The notes beneath the pieces are model-generated. The model saw only the letters and a program-made list of their open reading frames with translations. It was not told the origin of the DNA and did no database searches. Of a stretch of DNA of 28,046 bases, positions 1-7,781 are shown one piece after another. The DNA is from a virus. Its lineage: Duplodnaviria; Caudoviricetes. A program made the position numbers and the translations under genes. Location of the stretch: positions 1-28,046 of IMG/VR virus record IMGVR_UViG_3300005286_000051. One strand, 5' to 3'. Position 1 is the first letter of the stretch. Every line of letters starts with the position of its first letter.

Positions 1-110
1 TTGAGTGTGATGCCCTTATTCGTGGCCCCGCCCGGGTCGGACGGATGGTCGGCAAAGCCGCCCTCATGCTTCAGGACGAGCGCAAGTGCCCTCTGGAAGT
101 TGGCTTCCAT
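1..110 (-). CDS. Endolysin, glycoside hydrolase family 108 lysozyme (5' part only, runs off the window)
   Basis: Hand translation from ATG at 110 gives [36 protein letters not shown], which carries the GH108 EGG...DPGGxTNxGIT signature; SD AAGGGAG upstream; absent from the ORF track. Confidence 0.92.
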   Translation of the reverse strand, partial: MEANFQRALALVLKHEGGFADHPSDPGGATNKGITL

Positions 111-169
111 GCGACATTCTCCCTTGTTGATTTTTTAATGATCCCGTGCTTCGCTAAAGCCTCAGGGGA

Positions 170-228
170 GGAGCGCCGATTTGCTCCAGTGTTGACTTTT
201 CGGCGAAAAAGCCCATCTACACGGGCTT
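170..228 (+). promoter_or_regulatory. Putative promoter/operator of the hicBA-like pair
   Basis: TTGACT -35-like hexamer at 192-197; inverted repeats GGAGC/GCTCC (170-187), TTTTCG-G-CGAAAA (197-209) and AAGCCC/GGGCTT (209-228); the -10 element is not clear. Confidence 0.45.
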
Positions 229-245
229 GTTTGGAGTGACTGCAA

Positions 246-500
246 ATGAAACAGACATACCGGGTTGTGGGCCTCAAGGACGGGGATGTCTTTGTCGCGC
301 AAGTACTGGAAGTTGACGTGTCTGCGCAGGGAAGCTCGTTTGACGAAGCGTTAGAGCGGCTGAAAGTCGCCTTAAATGCTGAGGGAAGGGAAGCGGAACT
401 TAAAGGTCGAGACATTCAGGACCTTTTGCGTCCTGCACCCAAGATCTTTCATGATCTGTACGAGGATCACCCCCAATACCGCGAAAAGCTCGTTGCCTAA
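246..500 (+). CDS. HicB-like antitoxin (short form, no C-terminal DNA-binding domain)
   Basis: YRVVGLKDGDVFVAQVLEVDVSAQGSSFDEALERLKVAL fits the HicB partial RNase H fold pattern (xQGxT/SxxEAxxxLxxAL); SD GGAG upstream. Confidence 0.75.
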   Translation: MKQTYRVVGLKDGDVFVAQVLEVDVSAQGSSFDEALERLKVALNAEGREAELKGRDIQDLLRPAPKIFHDLYEDHPQYREKLVA

Positions 501-508
501 GAATCGTC

Positions 509-748
509 GTGGCGACGCTGGGGGAGTACATGTACTGGCTCCGCTCCCAGGGCGGAGAGTGCAGAACAGGGATTGGCGCCGATTCCTCCAGAGGGATGGT
601 GCCAGTCACTAAGCTTATCTCTCCGGATGGTCTTTATGTGATCCACCCAGGCAACAATCAATCTGAGGTTCTATCTCGATTTACCATCGAGTATTTTGAT
701 CGCCGTCTTCAGATGATATCCCCGTTCGCATCAACACTGCGCGCATAA
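509..748 (+). CDS. Putative HicA-like (dsRBD-fold) toxin, divergent
   Basis: 79 aa, starts 8 bp after hicB; N-terminal helix ending LRSQG, beta region, then VIHP..EVLSRFTIEYFDRRL resembling the HicA C-terminal helix; lacks the canonical GSH motif. Confidence 0.5.
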   Translation: MATLGEYMYWLRSQGGECRTGIGADSSRGMVPVTKLISPDGLYVIHPGNNQSEVLSRFTIEYFDRRLQMISPFASTLRA

Positions 749-797
749 GCCGCGCCTGCGGGCACGGTACGGTCCATGTCGGGTCCTTTCGGATCAG

Positions 798-820
798 AAA
801 AAAGCCGCTCTAAAGCGGCT
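798..820 (-). terminator. Rho-independent terminator of the late/tail transcript (possibly bidirectional)
   Basis: Perfect stem AGCCGCT-CTAA-AGCGGCT (803-820) flanked by an A run at 798-803, which is a U tract on the minus strand; lies between the convergent genes. Confidence 0.8.
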
Positions 821-849
821 ATGAGAGAGCGTGATGGTGAGGCGTGCGG

Positions 850-1608
850 CTAGGACTTCAGCGCACTGGACCATTCATCGATACGGGCCTCTGGAATCAT
901 GAAATAATCCCAATAGGCCGCGTCGCAAACTTTCTGCCATGCTTCAGGAGTTCTTATGGGGTTGCCCCACAAATCACCCAAGACGTACCCCATGGACCGG
1001 GCCTGCTCGTAAAGTGTCATCGCCGTGTGTCCGTAAGCGCTGTAGGCGGGACGTCCGTATTCGACACTGATGATTGGGCTGCAACGGCGGATAAGATTAC
1101 GGCCGCCTTCAAGCACGTCTATTTCTGCGCCCTCAGTATCGATCTTGATATAGTCCAGCCTCCACCGCCACCGAAACTCTTTATCGAGTGTGCTCACCGG
1201 GACTTGGATCGTCTCAGTTTCAGCATTGGGGATGTTGTATGCTTTTCGGCGTAGTCCTGACTCTTCGGGTGCATTGCGAACAAAGGTGAAGGCTGCTCTG
1301 CCTGGGGTACGACTTAGCGCCTTCGCATAGACCGAACAGTTGGAAATGCGGGAAAATCTGGAGGAGAGTGCAGAAGCCATGTGCGGCAATGGCTCGAAGG
1401 CAAAGACGCGACCACGCGGGCCCACGGCTGCTAGGAAAGGTTCTGTGTGCCGTCCGCCGTGGGCTCCAATGTCAATGACGACATGGCCTGGTTTGAGCAA
1501 GCGACTATACGCCCGCTCCAGCAAGCTTTCGTAGTCAGGCACAGACCCCTGAGCGTGAGACCGAGCATATTGTTGAGCCATCTCTACTGCTGCGGTCACC
1601 TGCTCCAC
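850..1608 (-). CDS. FkbM-family SAM-dependent methyltransferase
   Basis: Motifs VIDIGAHGG, VFAFEP, TLD, YIKIDTEGAEIDVLEG and PIISVE; GTG start with G-rich SD. Confidence 0.92.
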   Translation of the reverse strand: MEQVTAAVEMAQQYARSHAQGSVPDYESLLERAYSRLLKPGHVVIDIGAHGGRHTEPFLAAVGPRGRVFAFEPLPHMASALSSRFSRISNCSVYAKALSRTPGRAAFTFVRNAPEESGLRRKAYNIPNAETETIQVPVSTLDKEFRWRWRLDYIKIDTEGAEIDVLEGGRNLIRRCSPIISVEYGRPAYSAYGHTAMTLYEQARSMGYVLGDLWGNPIRTPEAWQKVCDAAYWDYFMIPEARIDEWSSALKS

Positions 1609-1620
1609 CCCTCCCCAGAA

Positions 1621-4299
1621 CTATAAGTTTCCGTCCACGATCCGCTGTGCTCCTACCGCCGCGTCGTTAACCGCCGCCGCAGCAAGCCCGTTTGTCATGT
1701 TATTGCGGATGGCATAGTAGTTTGCGCCCGAGACAGTTGCAACCAGGGCGCCTGCGGTGACGGTCCGAAAGTGGCGCGCGATGACATTCCCGGTCACAAT
1801 CGCGCCTGAAACGCCGGAGCCTATAGTAATCAAATTGCCTCCTTCGGCGTCGATAAATACGTTGTCCTCGACAAAAACCCCTTGAACATTGCCGTTGGTG
1901 AACACAACATCCCCCTGTGTGTTGATGAAAGTGTTCCCCCGCACCCGCACACCTCTCACTTTCCCACTGTTGGCGGTGAAGATGTTAAACGCCATCACAT
2001 TTCCGCTGAGCGCGCCAGCAAAGTAGCCGTTGTTGAAGTTGAGGTTATAGAGCTGGGACGTCGAGCCATCGCAGGCAATCTGGATCGGGGCGCGGAACAC
2101 GTCGAGCTGCCAGCCGCCATCGAACCAGACATCACACACACGAGCCCCGCTAGAGGACGATATGGTGATGCCGCCGTTGTAGAAGATCGTACCCGGCAGG
2201 CGAATGCCCGTAAGCAGCGAATTGGTCCCAAACCCGTTGATCCGCATGGATGTGGCACCGGTAGCCGACGCGACGAACTGGCAGTTCTCGATTTCCAAGT
2301 CGGCAGTGGTTTCGCCGTTAAAAGCTTCGATCTCGATCGCATAGGCGTTGTCGTTCGACTGGACCCAGCCACCTACCTTTCGAAGAGTAAACAACCGAGC
2401 GTTCTTGATCCTCCAGCACGTATCGAAGTCATAGACATTCACGTCTTCAAAGATACCGGCATTGTGAGATCCCGCATGGATAGTCGCCGCAGAGCCGCCG
2501 ATAAGAACGCCTGTCGAGGCGCTCGTACCAGCTTGGGGAACCACCCGGAAACCAGCAATATGACAACCATCGAATGTTATCTCTGACGCTCCACCGCCGA
2601 GCTGAATTGCCGCCGTTCCGTTCGCGGTCGAGAATGACGCCAACGCAATGAGCATCGTCGCGCCGGTACTTCCCTGACCTCTCCATACAGGCCGGTAGTT
2701 GGACTTCACGGTGGACTTAACAGAACGGCCTAAGCCGTAGCTCCCCGCCGATAGCTCGAAACATATTTCTCCATCCGATGACATGGATTCTTCCATGCAC
2801 TGCTGTGCAGCGTTGAAGGCTGGGGCGTCGTCCGACGTGCCGTTTCTCAGAGCACCCCACCATTCGGGCCTCGTGTAACGAAGCCCGACCACCTTACCTG
2901 TCCCGGTGGTATTGAAGATCTTGCGCGGCGCCGACGACGGCAAGCCTTTCCAAACGCCAGCAGAAACCTGACCGCGAATGGTGAGAGTTACGCCGTTGGC
3001 AATGTCCAGCTGCCCGCCATTGACGAAGAGATAGTTCTTCCCGTTCGGCCAAGTCGCCGTCGAGGTGATCGCAACCGGCCGGTCTATGATGATGTCGTCG
3101 GCCAGCGCATGGGCCGTATCAAGGGCTGCTTGCGTGTCACCGATTACACTGAGGTGGAGTGGACCAGCGGCCTTAGGCAGAGCAAGCGCCCGATCGCCGA
3201 TAGAGATCCAATCGATTTCGAGGGTATCGCCGGAAGACTGAGAAAGGTCGATGCGCAGCCGCGTTATGGTGCTGGTGATCCAATCATTCCCGCCCTGAGT
3301 CAGATCGGCCATGTCCCATTCAAGCACCTGCCACTCGTTAAAGTTGGAGGGTGCAGCAATGCGCTTCACATAGGATCCAGAAATTCCGTGGTTGGTGGTG
3401 GTGTAATAGATGCTGCCGTCCCAGGTTCCGTTACCCGAAATTCGGCGAACGCGCATCCGGATCTTGCTGAAGAGGGCGCCGGGAATGGCAATTATGGGTG
3501 AGCTCAGTTGCGGATCGGCGGCGGTCGATACAAACGTAAGGACCCCGTTCTGGGCTGACAAAGTTCCATTGAGTGCCGTCCACCCCTCGACGGATGTCTC
3601 GAATCCCCACTGACGGAATGAACTGAAGGAAATGTCCCCCAATTTCGGCAAGGTGATCGCCCGGTCGGCTACAACGGCGGCAAATGCCTGCCAGGCTGAC
3701 CCATTCCAAATGCGCATCTCGCTGCTGGTTGTGTTCCAATACAGCTGCCCACTCGATGGGGTTCCTCCGGCGGCCGCAGTAGCGGCGGCATTGTCCGCGA
3801 AGGAGCCGAGATATCGCCTCTTCATGTCGTTGAGCAGCGTCTCCATCTGCGCAACGAGGGCGGCGCTCGCTTGGTCGGTGAGCAGCCGGAAACTCGACCC
3901 ATTATCGAGGAAGAGATACATCCCCCCTGCAACAAGACCGCCAGCCGTAAGTTGATTGCCCGAGCTCGTCAGCAGCGGCTTGCCGTTGATCGTGACCGGT
4001 CCTGTATTGGTCTGCTGGATCTGTATCGAAAACAGCGCAAGCCCCGGACCGCTCGGTACGGGAAGGTTCGGAGTGGCGGTGATCGCGTTCGGAGTGCCCC
4101 CGGTGACCGTATAGCGGATCAACAGGTTCGGAAGGTCGATGTCCCCGCCAGCACCGGCGATCAGCGCTATCAGGACCTGCCACCATTCCGAAAGCAGCTG
4201 GCGGATCTCAGGCTTGCGCGGGTCCCATTTGCCGGAGGCGGGAATGCCATCGGTCACGAAATCGCGGAACACGTAGTTGGGATCGCGATCAAGGGCCAT
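1621..4299 (-). CDS. Tailspike/tail fibre with a carbohydrate-binding-like module and a pectin-lyase-like beta-helix (putative depolymerase)
   Basis: Last tail gene; start moved to ATG 4299 (MALDRDPNY, SD GGAG); WNGSAWQ motif; beta-helix cap motif PEWWGALRNGTSDDAPAFNAA; G/N/I/V-rich repeats to the C-terminus. Confidence 0.85.
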   Translation of the reverse strand: MALDRDPNYVFRDFVTDGIPASGKWDPRKPEIRQLLSEWWQVLIALIAGAGGDIDLPNLLIRYTVTGGTPNAITATPNLPVPSGPGLALFSIQIQQTNTGPVTINGKPLLTSSGNQLTAGGLVAGGMYLFLDNGSSFRLLTDQASAALVAQMETLLNDMKRRYLGSFADNAAATAAAGGTPSSGQLYWNTTSSEMRIWNGSAWQAFAAVVADRAITLPKLGDISFSSFRQWGFETSVEGWTALNGTLSAQNGVLTFVSTAADPQLSSPIIAIPGALFSKIRMRVRRISGNGTWDGSIYYTTTNHGISGSYVKRIAAPSNFNEWQVLEWDMADLTQGGNDWITSTITRLRIDLSQSSGDTLEIDWISIGDRALALPKAAGPLHLSVIGDTQAALDTAHALADDIIIDRPVAITSTATWPNGKNYLFVNGGQLDIANGVTLTIRGQVSAGVWKGLPSSAPRKIFNTTGTGKVVGLRYTRPEWWGALRNGTSDDAPAFNAAQQCMEESMSSDGEICFELSAGSYGLGRSVKSTVKSNYRPVWRGQGSTGATMLIALASFSTANGTAAIQLGGGASEITFDGCHIAGFRVVPQAGTSASTGVLIGGSAATIHAGSHNAGIFEDVNVYDFDTCWRIKNARLFTLRKVGGWVQSNDNAYAIEIEAFNGETTADLEIENCQFVASATGATSMRINGFGTNSLLTGIRLPGTIFYNGGITISSSSGARVCDVWFDGGWQLDVFRAPIQIACDGSTSQLYNLNFNNGYFAGALSGNVMAFNIFTANSGKVRGVRVRGNTFINTQGDVVFTNGNVQGVFVEDNVFIDAEGGNLITIGSGVSGAIVTGNVIARHFRTVTAGALVATVSGANYYAIRNNMTNGLAAAAVNDAAVGAQRIVDGNL

Positions 4300-4369
4300 G
4301 CCAAGTTCTCCAAGTGAGATTGCGCCGGCGAGCCGCCAGCGGGATGAGGTTTCGGATTCGTGAGGTTCG

Positions 4370-6127
4370 TCAGGGTGTGGTGGCGGTGGCGCTCGGGCCC
4401 CAGGTGCCCACACGGCCCTTTTCAGTGCGCAGGGCCATCTGGAATTCGTATTGTGTGGTCGCCGCCAGTGTTGGCGTCGTGTAGGTTTCCGCGTCCTGAC
4501 TGAGCGGGCCGACCGTTGTCCATTCCGTGTCGGCTGTCTTCTTGTAGCGGACCAGGTAGCGAAGCAGGATCGAGGGCGACGGCGAGAACGTCAGTTCGGC
4601 AACCGGCCCCGGCAGCAGGTTCACATCCGGCGCGGCGGGAACGGGGATGCTGTCGTCAACCTCGCTTTCGTCCGATTCTGGCGCATCGCCCTCTTCCTGT
4701 GCCGGGTCCCACGAATAGGCCGCCTGCGGCATTGATTGGACCTGGATGGTGACCCCTTGGAGGATGTTCCCCTCGCCGATTACAAACCGGAAATCCTGCA
4801 CCTCGAAGACGCTGTTGATCCCGAATGCTGGATATTGGATGCGGACAAAGCGCTCACCGAAGGCCGCGAGGCCGCGAAGATTGCACTGGAAGTTTGCCAC
4901 CCAGCTAGGGTTCGCTCGGTAAGCCTCCAGCTTCATCAGCCGCCGCGCCTGGCTGTGCGACGGCGCCATGTTGAACTGGACGTCCTTCGAAATTTCCCCA
5001 CGCTCCAAAACATCGTCGGCGTCGACCCATGGGTCAGCATCGGTAGCCTGGTAATCCTGCGTTGGATCGAGGAAGGTCGCGCGAATCGTGTTCGCGGTCT
5101 CCATGATGTTGCGACCGCGCCCCAGATCGGAAAAGCCGGTGATAGCGTCGGGCCCGATGATGACGGTCGGCTCCTGCCACTTTCCGATATCGAGCGTCAG
5201 GCCCCCATCCGGCGTTGGGACGAGGCGACCATCGCAGGCCGCGAGCATGCGCCCGAGGACATCAGCCGGGCGCTCGTCAAGCTGGTACGAGCCCCAGAGC
5301 CGATAGCGCGGCTCCGTCCCGCCTCCCTTCAATCCTATGGGTTCGTTCGACCTGATATAAGCCTGCTCCCACCCGGCCTGGGCTAGAGGCGTCGTGAAGA
5401 TGCTATGGGGCAGCCGCATGCCATCGGCATGGCTCATGTAGTCTCGTATGACGGATGCCGCTCGATCGTCCCAGGCGACAACGCCGGTCAAAGGGTTCTG
5501 GATAATGGCACCGCGCAGGACAACCCGGTAATTCGTGTTGATGCCGTTCGGAAAGCGCGAGAGATACACGCTATCCTCTGAAGCGAACTGCTTGGCATAG
5601 AGGCTGGCAACGCCGTCCCCTCGGTGGGCTGCTGTCCATTCCGGAAATGTCGCTGTGAGCGATCCATAGGCCGTTTCAATCGGCAGCCCACGCCGCGTTT
5701 GGATAATGACCTTGTAATCGCCGCCGTCATACCAAGGTTCCTGTTGCACCCCGCCACCGGGTGCCAACGTCACCTGATGGTCATCGATCCAGTATTCTTC
5801 GATGCCATCGATTGGGCCTTGGCCAAGCGCCAAGACCTTATGGAAATTACCGCTTTCCGCCTCAGCGAAGACCCAGGGACCGGAGGTCTTGACCCGTCCG
5901 TAGTGCCGCACGCGTGGCGCCGTGGCCTGACGATAGGATTGCTGCACGTCTTCCGGCTTCGGTTGCTTCGGCCTGTACAGCGATGATGCCAGAGCCGATA
6001 GGCCAACCGACAAACCAAGCTGGACGGCGGCACCGAGAAACCCGAGCGCACCAATACCAACGAGACCGTTGGTGATGATGGCCGGAGCGCCGGCATAGAA
6101 AAGCAGGAGCGCGAGAGACTGAGGCAT
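4370..6127 (-). CDS. Tail tip/central tail protein (lambda J-like) with C-terminal fibronectin type III domain
   Basis: PRVRHYGR and LALGQGPIDGI N-terminal motifs; YLVRYKK..W...LAATTQYEFQM FN3 pattern; position after the NlpC-like gene. Confidence 0.8.
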   Translation of the reverse strand: MPQSLALLLFYAGAPAIITNGLVGIGALGFLGAAVQLGLSVGLSALASSLYRPKQPKPEDVQQSYRQATAPRVRHYGRVKTSGPWVFAEAESGNFHKVLALGQGPIDGIEEYWIDDHQVTLAPGGGVQQEPWYDGGDYKVIIQTRRGLPIETAYGSLTATFPEWTAAHRGDGVASLYAKQFASEDSVYLSRFPNGINTNYRVVLRGAIIQNPLTGVVAWDDRAASVIRDYMSHADGMRLPHSIFTTPLAQAGWEQAYIRSNEPIGLKGGGTEPRYRLWGSYQLDERPADVLGRMLAACDGRLVPTPDGGLTLDIGKWQEPTVIIGPDAITGFSDLGRGRNIMETANTIRATFLDPTQDYQATDADPWVDADDVLERGEISKDVQFNMAPSHSQARRLMKLEAYRANPSWVANFQCNLRGLAAFGERFVRIQYPAFGINSVFEVQDFRFVIGEGNILQGVTIQVQSMPQAAYSWDPAQEEGDAPESDESEVDDSIPVPAAPDVNLLPGPVAELTFSPSPSILLRYLVRYKKTADTEWTTVGPLSQDAETYTTPTLAATTQYEFQMALRTEKGRVGTWGPSATATTP

Positions 6128-6507
6128 CAGCGCAGGCTCCAGGCTTTCCAGACGGCTTCCTGCGGGGCCGAGAACAGCCCTTTTTCATCGCGGCCGACCC
6201 ACATTGCCCCCGAATGGATTGCGGCGCAGAGACGCCCATCATGGATGATCAGGCCAACATCCCCGGCCTGCGGCGTCTTGGTCTTCGGAACGCCGGCAGC
6301 GCGCGCCACCCGGTTCACCGCAACAGCCATGCCGCCGGGTTCCGAAAGCCACTGGCGCACATCATTGTCCGTGAGGAAATCGCGCCCGTATCGGGACAGG
6401 GCGGAATAGCCCTTCACTTGCTGAAACCAGCGATCGACCATGCGGCAGCACGCGCCGGGGTACGCCGGAAGCGCAGCCTCGGCGGCAAGGAATTCCTCGA
6501 CGGTCAC
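6127..6507 (-). CDS. Tail tip assembly protein, NlpC/P60-like (DUF6950-like)
   Basis: CCRMVDRW and PQAGDVGLI motifs; synteny equivalent to lambda K. Confidence 0.65.
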   Translation of the reverse strand: MTVEEFLAAEAALPAYPGACCRMVDRWFQQVKGYSALSRYGRDFLTDNDVRQWLSEPGGMAVAVNRVARAAGVPKTKTPQAGDVGLIIHDGRLCAAIHSGAMWVGRDEKGLFSAPQEAVWKAWSLR

Positions 6508-6510
6508 GGT

Positions 6511-7104
6511 TCAATAATCCGGGTATTTGAAAGACTTGAAGAGAAGGCTTCCGACGAAGGTGAAGAACTTATCGCCGGGCGAGCGCCGCTGCTGATCGCG
6601 ATCGGTGTAGCGGCCATAGGGTGGCCGGGACCGGTTGAAGAACGCGTTCTCGGCCTGCATGGAGATGGACTGCACCGCGCCCTCGGTCCCCTGCATTTCG
6701 GTTCGCGTGATCCGTGGCGGCTGCATGAAACCCCACCAGATGCCGATGGGAGCACCGACCGGCTGCCAGTCATCGGCAAACAGCTGGAGGAAGACAGTGA
6801 CGAGTTGCTGCGTAATGTCGGGTGTTTCCTCGAGTGCCTTGGCGAGGAAATCTGTGGCCTGTCCAGGGAGACCGTTCAGCTGAAAAGTCACCGTCTCGGA
6901 CGTCGTGCCGGGCGAAATGGAAAGCCCGTCGATCGAGGCCGCACCATAGGCCGGTTTCCACGTCTGCCCACCGGTCACAAGGTCCGTGTTGCCGTTCCAG
7001 ATATAGATGGTTTCCGACTTAAACTCGAACTTGGCGAGCAGATCGATGCGGACCTCGCGTTCGGATAGCGCCGCGATCTGCTCTGGCGTGAAGAAGGACA
7101 TCAC
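6511..7104 (-). CDS. Tail tip/hub protein (lambda L-position, DUF2163-like)
   Basis: C-terminal RYTDRDQQRRSPGDKFFTFV motif typical of this family; synteny; start is either GTG 7104 or ATG 7101. Confidence 0.7.
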   Translation of the reverse strand: MMSFFTPEQIAALSEREVRIDLLAKFEFKSETIYIWNGNTDLVTGGQTWKPAYGAASIDGLSISPGTTSETVTFQLNGLPGQATDFLAKALEETPDITQQLVTVFLQLFADDWQPVGAPIGIWWGFMQPPRITRTEMQGTEGAVQSISMQAENAFFNRSRPPYGRYTDRDQQRRSPGDKFFTFVGSLLFKSFKYPDY

Positions 7105-7781
7105 ACGTCCTCAATGAAGTTCACGGTCGGAAACGACCAGCGCCCATAGTCAAGCGGAAGATCCATCTCCCCGTCGCTTGCGAGTCGCATGCGGCATACC
7201 GGGAAATCGAACTCGAGCCGCGCCCCAACACTGGCAGCCTCTCGCGCCGGCGGACGGAAGGTGATTGCGGCAGTAGTTTCGGAGGTATAGTTCACCGTCC
7301 TCACGCGATACAGTCGCCCCTCGATGCTGAAATGCTGCCCCGGCTGGATCATGTCTGCCGACTTGATGGAGATATTCGCCGTCACGCCGCGCAGTGGGAT
7401 GGAAGATGCCAAGGTGACATCGATCACGCCGCCCTGATACATCGACCCGTCGCTAAACGGGCTTTGATCCGAGTGGGGCACGGGGTCGTATAGCGCGAGC
7501 TCGTCTGCCTCTGCCGGGACCGGCTGATACCAGCGCCAAATTGGAACGAGGATTGAGATCAGCCGTCCTTCAAGCAGGTTGTTGATCGCCCTCCACGCGA
7601 GCACCTTCTGATCGTCTACAACGGGGATACCGGCATAGGTCGCCTTCCAAATGCCGGCATCGGACGCCACCACCTGAGATACACCCGAAACGCTCGATGG
7701 ACCCGCCAACGAACGCGGTGCAATATCGATCATCAATTCGCGCGGGGGGAGCACCCCTAGCGGCCAGAGAAGTGTCGCCAT
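7101..7781 (-). CDS. Distal tail (Dit-like) protein
   Basis: Directly follows the tape measure gene; ITFRPPAR and VNFIED ends typical of this position. Confidence 0.65.
   Translation of the reverse strand: MATLLWPLGVLPPRELMIDIAPRSLAGPSSVSGVSQVVASDAGIWKATYAGIPVVDDQKVLAWRAINNLLEGRLISILVPIWRWYQPVPAEADELALYDPVPHSDQSPFSDGSMYQGGVIDVTLASSIPLRGVTANISIKSADMIQPGQHFSIEGRLYRVRTVNYTSETTAAITFRPPAREAASVGARLEFDFPVCRMRLASDGEMDLPLDYGRWSFPTVNFIEDV

Noticed and set aside
45-415. ORFs 45..239 (+) and 71..415 (-)
   Set aside because: They overlap the motif-supported GH108 start, the promoter region and hicB, and have no recognisable protein features
4300-4413. N-terminal extension of the tailspike ORF and a small hairpin at 4323-4341
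   Set aside because: The extension overlaps the upstream gene and is Pro-rich junk, and the SD supports ATG 4299; the hairpin has no U tract, so it is not called a terminator
1621-6127. Diversity-generating retroelement or invertible tail-fibre cassette
   Set aside because: No reverse transcriptase, invertase or template/variable repeat pair seen in the window
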